This document shows, piece by piece, positions 46,501 to 54,338 of a stretch of 64,000 nucleotides of DNA. The position numbers and the translations under genes were made by a program. The first letter of the stretch is position 1. Every line of letters begins with the position of its first letter. The notes under the pieces were generated by a model that was not told where the DNA came from, did no database searches, and saw only the letters and a list, made by a program, of their open reading frames with translations. The stretch comes from a virus: IMG/VR virus record IMGVR_UViG_3300027821_000007, positions 1 to 64,000 of that record; one strand, 5' to 3'.

Positions 46501-46928
46501 CCAGCGTCAGCATCGATGCCGCGCGCATCACCTACGGCGCCACATCGATCGCGGCCCAGGGCAGCGTGGCCGTCGATGCCTACAAGGCGCAGTTCGCGAC
46601 AATCGCGATCGCCGGACAGGGCGCGGTCAACGTCAACGCTACGGCGTTGCGTGCTGCCGTCGTTACCATCGACGCTCAGGCCAGCGTCACCGTCAGGGGC
46701 AACACCCGCCAGGTCGCAGCCACGCAGATCGACGGCGTCGGCGGCGGCGGCTTCACCGCCTATGCGATGTGCCCGGTTTCGGCGATCATCGTCGGCCAGG
46801 GCAACGTCCAGATTGGTTCGGCACGAACCATCTTCATGGGCGTTGACATTGCTGGTGCGGGTCACGTCGCCGTTTCGGCCAGAACCCAGGCCCTCGCCAG
46901 CCAAGCGCGCGTCATGATGATGGCGTGA
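37545..46928 (+). CDS. giant tail fibre / adhesin-like protein (3127 aa)
   Basis: N-terminal beta-helix-like region ending AWDVGPYE; SPRY-like SGKFYAEF segment; four NxIRNPRxEG modules; long A/G/T/V shaft repeats. Confidence 0.75.
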   Translation: MTVTSNIHTGLAAWSNHSFALNEACSNAGNAYRCTTAGSSTAAPTGTGTGINNGGVAVFKWLSTYGASDYSTIDAWVTSIPGTLAQAYEGLIWNNGDIVRTTYVSITGHTTTAANIISLKCAPGESFADNPNRATNPLIPSASYGVQISRSGNYSYNIILQEDYGLLDGLQLVRAPGAIHQNASLALGKNGSSGTTTVSRMVVRGENFEQANNGIIGAGGSSSVDHVNCVFIDESVAGSGSPIWNGQNNSCSFTNCVMIALNSQAGFDAIHRNYSGTTTVTNCIIMGWGGIGNANLTSGVARNNVVNWTSYPSGWTDTGTLFSKTAANQFVGIGTDFKLKAGADALNTGYTDTVHIPSATDIYGTTRPQGSAWDVGPYETPASSAAFFDYIAEARLVRQPPRARQPPALIAPVLRPVPGAGSPKTLYMLNTAATTPDWFGVMQDGGTAPTAAASAFGWTTAKTATTTPFWRARIGATATATVASATSNLDFAVDPNAGTGATITTSGDAFRSPVRYAGTFGAGNWTLNFGMRTLAATVVGNMRCRIWAGPASNGVNARELTSGALTGSTVSMIATATTYTSTITWNAPTIILDGEYLFFQVEWNETTAGTSNSCAVVFYQSACTIATANWSAAAGVTAATTIAGQGQFDTPDNIPQVFAIGTAQQKTGGGATPVTLTANVPAGSLIVIYSASVTASGGASFNSPPTDSAGNVYTQVPGNWILTTPSFGVTRAYCPNCLALSAGQTITIPIVGTALTAAISIFYATGLQRSVLPTPQSSFTQNTAITNPSRNFNPSLAYGVLIGVSAVAGDVVETFTNDTTHNWTTPPLTRVGNTGGVANTNATLNGAWKYIQDTTQQTYSPTLGTARENVIAVENWGAATQGRLSQNLAAAVSIAGVGAVAVDATRIGPAVYTANATLAGVSGRTNSIRNPRAEGAVAGTPGTAPTFWNGWGDNLGLTFSIIGIGTEDGIPYIDVRYAGTTNVAGFFTTAYFEPTGTAGIPSGFADTWWLSFYHRLVGGSTVNTTGVQAGWREFNAAGTAVAVHNNGAPFDPTTAPLISQRQLVVGPGQNLDRNTYYVSPFWGFGVTGSGVAIDITFRIGAPQFELGSNVSGLILPPIGTPGISSRAIEIRERVSAVAKSTIAGLGAVAADATVVAGTAGTTYTGAVTIGTLPSWNPLSPDAPATTLFTNNNRTITKTAGGFDGAKGNSVVSSGKFYAEFTPGSGFDGNSSFGVATTALTTYFEVYSPSTHCCIAVPGMGVLLNGSNTGILFSWSTASIAMALDMDNKRIWFRQLPSGNWNDNASNSPTTPSTGLDISGLVPVTPLFIVTQLGVNSGISATVEMGLGSFANTPPSGYTVWPSTPGGTGYVKAYATVHTGTVTAAATIAGVSGRTNYIRNPRAEGAVAGTPGSIPTYWRQIVNNAGLTQQIVGTGVENGIDYIDVRFTGSTPGGGEITIQPAQDGDATPVPRTSTWASSFYMRIIPGDASFIDYLWVSMQSYANSGGQVDWITDTYFTPSTLVQPGGLGTRYVSVANNATTTAGADYMRQYIYVDTKISGAALDFTLRIGWPQLENVETTGNILPPVGAPAIITRAIEIYPRLQAVAAVTIGGVGTIAVDATRVAGAGTQWTGATTIVAAGNVAVSAVQRQVAVSTIAAAGNVAVDARRIVYAASTSAGVAVVSVAAVQRQVAASTIAGLGAVSDSAVLRARTVSTIGGLGNVRAWDFHPVYTASTTAGVSGRTNVIRNPRGEGGRAGDPSTSEGSPPTYWTGWGNPPSGLFETIAGVGYEDGIPYIDIHLVGTVAGSTAYYPHYFEDYDTIPVPPRKTWSSSIYVRLVGGSTSNVASLAVGWTEYSSKFADIIGDFDTGQVPTSAPLSSQRYSYANPTTALATYIRPYWKIYFTSLGVPVDIIIRIGGPQLELGPSASGLILPPVGVLAVTSRAIEIRDNVKIQTNVAMGGVGRVVCEALVRNPAGHIAYDAFATIAATTTFSPVNVFLRQSAVTSIAGLGGQANYIRNPRFEGAVAGTPGTVPTYFSDWSAAAASVGLSLTILGTGYEDGIPYIDVRIFGTTDGVHYSSDFYYFETNTAIPAGYDQGWLFSFYLKQLVGEGIWGPVSMFYIGWEELDENGVHYSNHSDGKSAFTGPLWDCRHDISDTNTFSDVRFIRPYWGFGLDSAAAVPFDNTLRIGAPQLELGYSEDGPSDLILPPVGAPAVSFRAIQIRERVTMVAAVTIAGAGNVAAILAPDWVSPGAQIHIDFIGGSPQGRAWVQGVGVVGINTLVGNDPLADAGWTTTGYNSAELTPDGYLPTMSAAFIGEARNLLLTATTVRTVHTQTGQNISGSSTGCVVLSVFSPSGDNGVEIDLTPFAPGASSHLDVSTWGGPAYGDILGAANSAVGAINVTAYTVTANRLEADINGYSTPIALTLIDADRPTADSFKAAIFDHRPIQGGYVAVRSIQFYAPLPTAAGLIPLSALPATIEPVASMAATGNVAVSARQVSYGATTIAGVASIAVDATKVAPAGTVWTAAVTIAAIGNVAASAVQRQVAASTSAGIGSVAINAIRAQPAASTSAGLGAVGVAAIQRMVAASTSAGVGTVGVAAGKLIYAATTIAGVGNVSAAAVTPEAAAAGIPGFGTVSVTAIQRQFATIAIAGVGAFGANSAGSQPGNVAIAGQAAVSVDAIARRFATIPIAGQGSVAVDAGKIVYAAATIGGVGSVAASAGKLIYATASIAGVGNVTADAQFVSGAVSYTAATTIAGVGSITASATLNLPAAIAIAATGSVAASAVLNLPAATTIAGLGAFAASAAAAGVQTATITIGGLGNVAVDARRSSPAIASIDSQGAVSVAAAQLQFAAVSVAGVGNVLGAGGEAQPAAASIVGVGAVSAAAGGIRPAAVATAAQGAVSAGSVLTQVTAVAVAGLGTVSIAAGVRQFATVSIGGVGTLLVNAIQQGRQEGTTAIAASATVSISTTQRMVAASAIAAQASVSIDAARITYGATSIAAQGSVAVDAYKAQFATIAIAGQGAVNVNATALRAAVVTIDAQASVTVRGNTRQVAATQIDGVGGGGFTAYAMCPVSAIIVGQGNVQIGSARTIFMGVDIAGAGHVAVSARTQALASQARVMMMA

Positions 46929-46956
46929 GGCAGTAATCATGGTATAGGAGAATGTG

Positions 46957-47331
46957 ATGAGTAACGCATCGCGGAGACGCGAGATGGGCGAACCGCCCGA
47001 GCTACCGCTACCCCCCGACGCCGCCGATTTCGACCTGTTCAAGGTCGCCTGCCCGGCGCGCGAACTGGTGCGCATCCGCTACCTCCAGCGCCTGCCGGAC
47101 GACCCCGACCTGCCGGAGGAAATCCGCGAGCGCGGGCTCGAGACCATCGTCGAGGCCCACGCGATCTCTATCGACGAGAAGGGCATCACCTTCACCCCCA
47201 CCGTGCTTGAGCCGGAAAGCGAGAACGCCGAGGCGATGCAGAAGATCGCCGAACGCTTCGTGGCCCGTAAGCGGGTGCTGGAAATCCGTCGCATCGGCGA
47301 AGGCACGCCAGTCGTCGAGCACCGCAGGTGA
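46957..47331 (+). CDS. hypothetical protein
   Basis: AGGAG RBS. Confidence 0.65.
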   Translation: MSNASRRREMGEPPELPLPPDAADFDLFKVACPARELVRIRYLQRLPDDPDLPEEIRERGLETIVEAHAISIDEKGITFTPTVLEPESENAEAMQKIAERFVARKRVLEIRRIGEGTPVVEHRR

Positions 47332-47660
47332 CCGACCCGGTCATCATCGGCAAGTGGCACGCGTTGGTACATCAATGCGATGCCAAGGTTGCCGCGTGCA
47401 TGGCCGATCCGCAGAACGCCGCCCTCGAGGGGATAGCCCCGGCCTACGAGGGCGGCGCCTCTGAATTCGTCACCTTCGGCGGCTATCGCGACAAGCAGGT
47501 GCAGAACGACACCGCGGCGTGGTTGCGCGCGGTGGCCCGCGAACTGATCGACGACAGCATCTGGAACTACAAAGTCGTGGAAGCGATGGGCGGAACGGCC
47601 TATCTCGCGCTGATATCCGTCAACGAAACCGGCTACCGGTTCGGAGAGGATGATGAGTAG
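47328..47660 (+). CDS. hypothetical protein
   Basis: GTGA coupling. Confidence 0.6.
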   Translation: MTDPVIIGKWHALVHQCDAKVAACMADPQNAALEGIAPAYEGGASEFVTFGGYRDKQVQNDTAAWLRAVARELIDDSIWNYKVVEAMGGTAYLALISVNETGYRFGEDDE

Positions 47661-47961
47661 CGAGCATGGCAAGGATCCGCTGGGGCATTTGCGCTCGATG
47701 TTCGAGGTCGGCCGGCGGCGCCAATACGCCCGCGGGGAATTCGCCAAACGCCAGCAGATAGGGCTCACGCCGGGCTGGATCACCTGCGGTTTCTGCAGCG
47801 GGCAGACGATTTATAGCCGGTTGGAATGGCGACAGCATCTGAGCTGCCTCATGTGCGGCGGCCAGATGATTGCCCAGATCACCACCGAGGACGACAAATT
47901 TCAGTTGGTCCTCTATCCGGTGGTACGCGGGCCGCCCTATCGTGAGTGGAGCGTCGAATAA
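47650..47961 (+). CDS. Zn-ribbon hypothetical protein
   Basis: CGFC...CLMC. Confidence 0.6.
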   Translation: MMSSEHGKDPLGHLRSMFEVGRRRQYARGEFAKRQQIGLTPGWITCGFCSGQTIYSRLEWRQHLSCLMCGGQMIAQITTEDDKFQLVLYPVVRGPPYREWSVE

Positions 47962-47964
47962 TTT

Positions 47965-48513
47965 ATGAGCAAAAACAACACTCCGGCTGATCCGGTTCCA
48001 CCCGATGCGGAATGGCGCGTTGTGGAATGGAACGACAATTATGGTGTGAGTGAGTATGGACACCTTCGTCGTGAGCGCGACGGATCAAATAGCAAGGCCG
48101 GCAAGATCATTAAGCCCCGATGGAACGGACGGTATTTTCAATACGGGCTTCAGCGAAATTGTGAAAAGCGATACGTCACTGCGCATGTTTTGGTTTGTGA
48201 AGCCTTTCATGGACCGCGACCAAGTCGCTTTCATCAGACGGCTCATTGGGATGGAAACAGTCGCAACTGCCACAAAGGCAATCTTCGATGGGCAACGGCG
48301 CTCGAAAATTCTGATGATCGCGATCGGCACGGCCGCATACCACGAGGAACTGATCATCCCTTGTACCGAAGCAACCTCACGGAACAGAAGATCCGAGAAA
48401 TCTGCTCATCTACTGACAGCCAACGAACGCTTGCGCGCAGGTATGGCGTTGGACAACCAATGATCTGGTCAATCCGCGCTGGAAGAATTTGGAAGCACGT
48501 GCCTCGGTGTTGA
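47965..48513 (+). CDS. NUMOD4-HNH homing endonuclease
   Basis: EWR...YGVSEYG NUMOD4; HVLVCEAFHG...HWDGNSRNCHKGNLRWAT; visibly lower GC than flanks. Confidence 0.88.
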   Translation: MSKNNTPADPVPPDAEWRVVEWNDNYGVSEYGHLRRERDGSNSKAGKIIKPRWNGRYFQYGLQRNCEKRYVTAHVLVCEAFHGPRPSRFHQTAHWDGNSRNCHKGNLRWATALENSDDRDRHGRIPRGTDHPLYRSNLTEQKIREICSSTDSQRTLARRYGVGQPMIWSIRAGRIWKHVPRC

Positions 48514-48824
48514 TTGAGAAGCCGGCTCGACCACGTTCGCGAGATCATCTCGTCTTCGTCTGCACTCTGCGATGCATCGTCTGTGGTGCCGCCCCACCTT
48601 CCGATCCGCATCATCTGAAATTCATGCAGCCTCGGGCAAGGGGGCTGAAATCCGGCGATTGTTGGGTTATTCCAATCTGTCGCCGCTGCCACGACGCGGT
48701 GGAGAATGCGGGCAACGAACTGGCGTGGTGGGAGCGCCTGGGGATCGACCCGGTGCCGCTGGCCAACGAGCTCTGGATGGTCTCGCGGGCGCAACTGGCA
48801 AGGCAAAAATGGCCATATCCTTGA
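48507..48824 (+). CDS. DUF968-like HNH protein
   Basis: RSRDHLVFV...CIVCG...DPHH...KSGDCWVIPICRRCH. Confidence 0.75.
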   Translation: MLIEKPARPRSRDHLVFVCTLRCIVCGAAPPSDPHHLKFMQPRARGLKSGDCWVIPICRRCHDAVENAGNELAWWERLGIDPVPLANELWMVSRAQLARQKWPYP

Positions 48825-48882
48825 AATAAACGAACATCGCTGCCTATGGTCGCGGACATAGCCGCTTCCTGGAGCAGAGCTG

Positions 48883-49164
48883 ATGCCCGATCCGCTTTAT
48901 TCAGACCGCTGGACCCAGATGTTCGTGGTGACGCCCTCGGCCGGGCCGATCACCGGGCCCAACCTGCCACAACGCGTCGCCCCGGCCGGCAACATCACCT
49001 GGATCTCCGGGTTCATGGTCGACGCCACCGGCACCATCACCTTCGAGCCCAAGGAAAGCTCCTCGGTGATCACTCTGGCGGTGACCGCCGGGGTCAAATA
49101 CGACATTGCCTGCAAGCGCGTGATCGCGATCACCGGCGCCACCACCGTCTTCGGCGCCCGTTAA
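48883..49164 (+). CDS. small virion protein
   Basis: Directly upstream of the portal gene. Confidence 0.6.
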   Translation: MPDPLYSDRWTQMFVVTPSAGPITGPNLPQRVAPAGNITWISGFMVDATGTITFEPKESSSVITLAVTAGVKYDIACKRVIAITGATTVFGAR

Positions 49165-50943
49165 GTGGCGCTCACGCCTAGTTCCTGGAACATGCCGCAC
49201 CGGCCGATGAACCTGCCGGGAATGAACCGCGACAACGCCCCATCAACCCCGGTCGAGGCGGGACTGATACAGCGGATTTCCGGGCAGATGCGAACCTGGT
49301 TGGGGATGGGGCAGGCAGGGTCTACGGAACTGCCGTTCTTTCCGCCGGGCCGGCCGCTCGATCCCGTGGCGCCCGGGGCGGGTGGTCGGCGTTTCGATTA
49401 CCCCACTTCGTACAATACTATCTATACGCCGCGCTCCTTCGAGCCGATCAACTTCGAAAGCCTGCGCGCCATCGCCGACCCGGCCGTGGGCGGCTACGAC
49501 CTGATCCGCCTCGCCATCGAAACCCGCAAGGACCAGATCGGCAACCTCAAGAAGTCGATCATGCCGAAGAAGCAGGGCGATCAGGCGTCGCGGCCCAAGA
49601 CCGACGACCGCTGTCGCCAGCTCGAGGCCATTTTCGAGCGCCCCGACGGTGAGATCGGCTGGCAGCAATGGGTGTCGCAACTCGTCGAGGAACACCTGGT
49701 CATCGATGCCGCGACCATCGTGCGCAAGAAGAACCGCGGCGGCGAGACGGTCGGCTTTGAGCTCATCGACGGCTCGATGATCAAGCCGCTGCTCAACTAC
49801 GACGGCCGCACCCCGCTCGACGGGCCAGCCTACCAACAGGTCATGAAGGGCATCGTCGCGGCCGAGTTCTCCAAGGAGGACATGATCTACGCGCCGCGCA
49901 ACCGGCGGGTGAACAAGGTCTACGGCTGCAGCCCGGTTGAGCAGGTGCTGGTCACCGCGAATATCGGCCTGCGGCGTCAGGCGCAGCAACTCGCCTACTT
50001 CACCGACGGCACCATCCCCGACGCGGTGTGGCAGGTGCCTCCGACCTGGACCACGCAACAGATCGCCGAGTTCCAAGCCTATTGGGACACCATCGTCAAC
50101 GACGCGGTAACCCGGCGGAAGATGCGCTTTGCCCCGGGCGGCGTGACCCCGGTGATGACCCGCTCGCCCGAGGCGCTGGTCGACCAGTTTGACGAGTGGC
50201 TGGCGCGTATCATCGCCTTCTGCTTCTCGCTGCCGCCGACCCCGTTCGTTCGCCTGGTCAACCGCGCGACCGGCGAGACGATGTACGAACAGGCCCTGCA
50301 GGAGGGCCTCGCCCCACTTATGACGTGGATAAAGAGTCTCCTCGACTACATCATTGCCGATTGGTTCGGGTTTCCGGACATCGAGATGGTGTGGGACGAT
50401 TTCAGAAAAGTCGACCCCGCGGAGAAGGAACAGCGCGACGTCGTCCTGGTCAACGAGGGCGCGATCTCGCTCGACGACATCCGCACCGAGCGCGGCATGG
50501 AACCGCTCGGCGTGCCGCCCTTCGTGCGCGGCATCGGCCCGATGGGCTTCCTCTCGATCGAGGGCATCAAGAAGATCATCGCGAACGGCTGGGACGTCAC
50601 CGGCCTGCCGCAGCCGACGATGCCGGGCCAGGAGATGGCCGGACTGGGCGGCGCGCCCGGCGAGGGCGACCCATCGGTCGACGAACTCGTGCAGGGCCTG
50701 CCGCCGGAGATCATCGAGGCGCTGGGGATCGCGCCGCAAACTCCGGCAAACGGCGCCGAAACTCCGGCAAATGGCCAAATGACGGGCGCCATGGTGGGCG
50801 CTGAAGGTCAAATGGTGGACGCTGCCGGATCGAATGTCGTGCCTTTCCATGAACATCCCGGCGTTAAAGCAGCCTTGGCGCACGGCGAGCAGATGGCGCA
50901 CAAACATGCGGCGCAGTTGAGGTCGGCAAAGCGCGGCAAATGA
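49165..50943 (+). CDS. portal protein
   Basis: IETRKDQ, ELIDGSMIKP, AYQQVMKG, YGCSPVEQ, YFTDGTIP, WLARIIAFCFSLPP. Confidence 0.9.
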   Translation: MALTPSSWNMPHRPMNLPGMNRDNAPSTPVEAGLIQRISGQMRTWLGMGQAGSTELPFFPPGRPLDPVAPGAGGRRFDYPTSYNTIYTPRSFEPINFESLRAIADPAVGGYDLIRLAIETRKDQIGNLKKSIMPKKQGDQASRPKTDDRCRQLEAIFERPDGEIGWQQWVSQLVEEHLVIDAATIVRKKNRGGETVGFELIDGSMIKPLLNYDGRTPLDGPAYQQVMKGIVAAEFSKEDMIYAPRNRRVNKVYGCSPVEQVLVTANIGLRRQAQQLAYFTDGTIPDAVWQVPPTWTTQQIAEFQAYWDTIVNDAVTRRKMRFAPGGVTPVMTRSPEALVDQFDEWLARIIAFCFSLPPTPFVRLVNRATGETMYEQALQEGLAPLMTWIKSLLDYIIADWFGFPDIEMVWDDFRKVDPAEKEQRDVVLVNEGAISLDDIRTERGMEPLGVPPFVRGIGPMGFLSIEGIKKIIANGWDVTGLPQPTMPGQEMAGLGGAPGEGDPSVDELVQGLPPEIIEALGIAPQTPANGAETPANGQMTGAMVGAEGQMVDAAGSNVVPFHEHPGVKAALAHGEQMAHKHAAQLRSAKRGK

Positions 50944-53900
50944 AAAAGCGGGAGCCTGACAAACCCGGTTGGGCGTCCAGGATTGCTGGGGCCGGGTTAT
51001 TGGCGGGTGGTGGTATCGCGGCCGGCATGCTTATGCGAGGCAAAGGGGCGCGTATTGCCGGGGCGATGCGGCGCAGATTCCGTTCAACCGCCGCGTCTGC
51101 ACCGCGGACAGCCTTCAAAACGCCACCCCCGGCAGCGGCGGCTCCGCGTCCCTCCGTGGCGCCCAAATCGGCCGCGCCTTCGCCGGCGCCGAAGCCACAG
51201 CAGTTTCACGGGCCGCCGCCCGCGCACGGTCCTGAACCCACCACCGACCTGGGGCAGCGCCGGAGAAAGGCGTTAAACAACTGGGTCAGCCACATCCACG
51301 ATCATGTCGGCAAGACCGTCAAGTTCAGGGACGACATCAACCAACTGCACCATTCAAAAGGGCAGATCATAGCCTCCCACGGCAAGGATGGCGGCGCGAC
51401 CGATGCGCATGTCGAGTGGGCGAAGAACATTGTCGAACCCATCGTGGCAGGCGAACCGATCGGATTGAAGAAACGCGACACCACCGGCTTGCTGTCGGCG
51501 GCCGAGCATCAGCAACGCGTCGCGGCCGCGCGCAGTCCCCGCCATCACGCCGAAACCGCGATCTCGGTACGCCAGGGCAGCACCGGAGCGCCGTCGAAGG
51601 CAGCGATCGGCCTGTTCCGGCAGGGTCAGCAACGCTCCGATACACGCGCCAGCCGCAGCGTCTGGGACACCCGCGGCACCGAGCAGGCGGTTGGCTCGAT
51701 GAACGCCCGCTTCAAGCTGCACCTGCCCCAGGCCTATCGCAGCACGCTGCCGGAATCGCTGCTGCCCTACCCGATGGGACGGCCTTTGCTGGCCGAAGCG
51801 TTGGCCGAGCCGCCGAAAAAGAAGGGCAAACAGAAGGTTGGGCCGCATCGTGACCTGACGATCGAGAACCCCAGCACCTTCACCGAAGCGATGCGCCATC
51901 CGCGCATGGTCGAGATCCTGCGCCGTTCGATTGGCGTGGTGCGCGATCACCAGAAAGGCGCGGTCGAATACGGTTACAAGAAAGGCCTTATCCCCAAAGG
52001 CACGCCGCCGGGGCTGGCGGCACGGGCCTACAAGCATGCGGCGCTGATGGCGGTGCACAAGGTCGGGGTCGGCCACTACGACTTCGCCATGGACGCGACG
52101 ATGCAGCGCGAACTCGAGCCGCTCCGGCTGTTCATGCAATACGCTCATCGCCGGGTATTCGACCGCCTGCACACCGAGAACCAGCCCGAGACGTTCGAGC
52201 CGTTCAAGCGCGAGTTCGGCAAGAAGTTCAGCAGCCGCAAGCACGGCAAGCTGACCGGCACCGAGCGTTACCGGATGTCGCCGAACAACGTTTTCATCAA
52301 GCGAGCGCCACTCACCCGTGTGCTGCGAATTGCCGGGCAGCATATTGGCGATCTGATCCGGCGGCCGACGGCGATCGGCAAAAAACCGTCATTTCCTGAG
52401 ATCAAGCGAGATCTGTTGCGGGCCAATGCTTTGCGCAGGGAACGGCTGATCATCACCGATCCAAAGGGGCATGTAAGTCATCGCGTCACCGGAAGGCCGT
52501 ATTCCACTCAGGTTAAAATGCCGATCAAAGGATTTCGTGATTTCCAAGGGTCAAACACATTTCACAACCATCCGACCAAAATCCCTCCAGGGGCATCAAG
52601 TGCTGACTATTCTTTTTCGATGGCTCTCGGTGCAACGCCTGAGAAGCCTCACACTATCATAACGCCCCATCATCGAGCGATCACACGCTACTTTTCCTCG
52701 CTTAAGCACGGAGTTGGTCTGAAAACGAGATACACTTCAGGCAAGGTTGAACAGCAGGGTGATTTCCCGCGGTCCCGAAAGGCGCCGCAACTCGGCAAGA
52801 AGAACGAGGGTGCGATGCGCAAGGGTTGGACCAACGCCACAGGGGTCATCAACGCACCCGGTCGCGGCCCGACCGACCAGCCCGGCGACCAGCCGCCCGG
52901 CAAGATCCATCATGCCCGGCTGAAGCAGGCGATGAAGCATGGCCATGGCATACGGCTGTCGTTGAGCGGGCCGGTGCCCGAGCCACCGGGCGGTCTGCCG
53001 CCGCCGGCACATCCTGGGCTTCACGTGAAACACGCCGCACGCGAGGTCGAGCGGCATTTCGGGGTTGGCAAGATCAGCGGCGCCGCCGGGCTGCGTAAGG
53101 ACTTCGACGATTTCATGCTGGCCGATCCCGGTTACTCGCCGGGGTTCAGCTACACCGACAACCCGGCCCTGCTGTTGCGCCGCTCGATGCGGCCGCGAAT
53201 TCGCCGACGCCGCCAGGGATTGCGGCTGAACACCCAGAAGCACATGCGCCGCGCCTTGTCCGGCGGGATCACCCGCCACGAACGCTGGCTGTTGGGCGTC
53301 AAGCCGGCGCGGTGGGAAGCGTCCAAGAGTGGGGACTCTGCTGACGCCAGACTGCAGAAAGGCATCATCGGTTCGGCGATGAACTTCGGTGCGACCCACC
53401 TGAAGCCGTTGTTGGGCCAGATCAGCGGCGCGGCCACGCGCGCGAAGGGCGCGATCGGCAGCGGCTTCAAGCGTGCCGGATCGGCGATCGCGGGCAGCCG
53501 TGGCGGCCAAGCTATCGCCGGAAAGGCGAAGCAGTTGGCGGCCACGCCAAGAGGTCAGCGCATCGTCGGCAGCTCGCGCGTTCAAGCGTTGCACCACGAA
53601 GCCAAAGCCTTCCGTGGTGGCGGGTTTCGCGAGGGCGTCATGGCGAATGTTGGCGGGTTTACCGGGGCGGCGCTTGGTGGCCATCGTGGCGCCAAGCTCG
53701 GGCGCACCGTGGGTTTCGCTGCCGAATACGCGCCGTATGCCTATGCTGGAGCCAAAGCCGCGCAGCACTTCATGGGTGGCAAGGATAAGGAAAAGGCGGT
53801 GGAGAAGATCTCGCCGCGGATGATGTTCGGGGCCGGGGTTGCCGCGGTCGCGGCCCGACGGGCGGCAGCCAAGCTTGCGACCCATCCGCGCGTTGCTCCG

Positions 53901-54329
53901 GTCGTGAACGAACTGCGCGCGCAAGGCACCATGAAAACCCCGCTCTGGCGCCTGGGACGTCTTACCGGCGCGGCCATTGCTGGCGAGAAGGGTGCCAGGA
54001 TCGGCGGCCATGTCGGGCGGACGCTTGAAATCGCTCCGATTGTCGCCGGCGGCACGCACATCCTGATCAACCGCAAGAAGCGCCAGCAGGAAACGAAGAA
54101 GCAGATCGACCGCCTGAAGGCGATGCCCGGCCAGTTAGTGATGGGCAAGAACAGTCCGGCCCGCGATATCTATACCAGCGACCTCAACGAGACCGTGCGG
54201 GCACATCTGCGCTCGATTTCCGGCGGCGGCTATTCGCCGCACCAGCTCGCCCAGGTCAGAGCAATCCTGGCCGCAAGTAGACGTCACACCCAGTCTCGGG
54301 CACAACCCGCGGCACAACAGAGCCAATAG
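50940..54329 (+). CDS. large basic head-region protein (1129 aa), putative internal/ejection polyprotein
   Basis: ATGA coupled to portal; R/K/G/A-rich modules; internal HNHP...SSAD motif. Confidence 0.65.
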   Translation: MKKREPDKPGWASRIAGAGLLAGGGIAAGMLMRGKGARIAGAMRRRFRSTAASAPRTAFKTPPPAAAAPRPSVAPKSAAPSPAPKPQQFHGPPPAHGPEPTTDLGQRRRKALNNWVSHIHDHVGKTVKFRDDINQLHHSKGQIIASHGKDGGATDAHVEWAKNIVEPIVAGEPIGLKKRDTTGLLSAAEHQQRVAAARSPRHHAETAISVRQGSTGAPSKAAIGLFRQGQQRSDTRASRSVWDTRGTEQAVGSMNARFKLHLPQAYRSTLPESLLPYPMGRPLLAEALAEPPKKKGKQKVGPHRDLTIENPSTFTEAMRHPRMVEILRRSIGVVRDHQKGAVEYGYKKGLIPKGTPPGLAARAYKHAALMAVHKVGVGHYDFAMDATMQRELEPLRLFMQYAHRRVFDRLHTENQPETFEPFKREFGKKFSSRKHGKLTGTERYRMSPNNVFIKRAPLTRVLRIAGQHIGDLIRRPTAIGKKPSFPEIKRDLLRANALRRERLIITDPKGHVSHRVTGRPYSTQVKMPIKGFRDFQGSNTFHNHPTKIPPGASSADYSFSMALGATPEKPHTIITPHHRAITRYFSSLKHGVGLKTRYTSGKVEQQGDFPRSRKAPQLGKKNEGAMRKGWTNATGVINAPGRGPTDQPGDQPPGKIHHARLKQAMKHGHGIRLSLSGPVPEPPGGLPPPAHPGLHVKHAAREVERHFGVGKISGAAGLRKDFDDFMLADPGYSPGFSYTDNPALLLRRSMRPRIRRRRQGLRLNTQKHMRRALSGGITRHERWLLGVKPARWEASKSGDSADARLQKGIIGSAMNFGATHLKPLLGQISGAATRAKGAIGSGFKRAGSAIAGSRGGQAIAGKAKQLAATPRGQRIVGSSRVQALHHEAKAFRGGGFREGVMANVGGFTGAALGGHRGAKLGRTVGFAAEYAPYAYAGAKAAQHFMGGKDKEKAVEKISPRMMFGAGVAAVAARRAAAKLATHPRVAPVVNELRAQGTMKTPLWRLGRLTGAAIAGEKGARIGGHVGRTLEIAPIVAGGTHILINRKKRQQETKKQIDRLKAMPGQLVMGKNSPARDIYTSDLNETVRAHLRSISGGGYSPHQLAQVRAILAASRRHTQSRAQPAAQQSQ

Positions 54330-54338
54330 GAGGATTAA

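Noticed and set aside
37545-46928. Diversity-generating retroelement acting on the fibre
   Set aside because: No reverse transcriptase and no near-identical TR/VR pair differing at adenines was seen.
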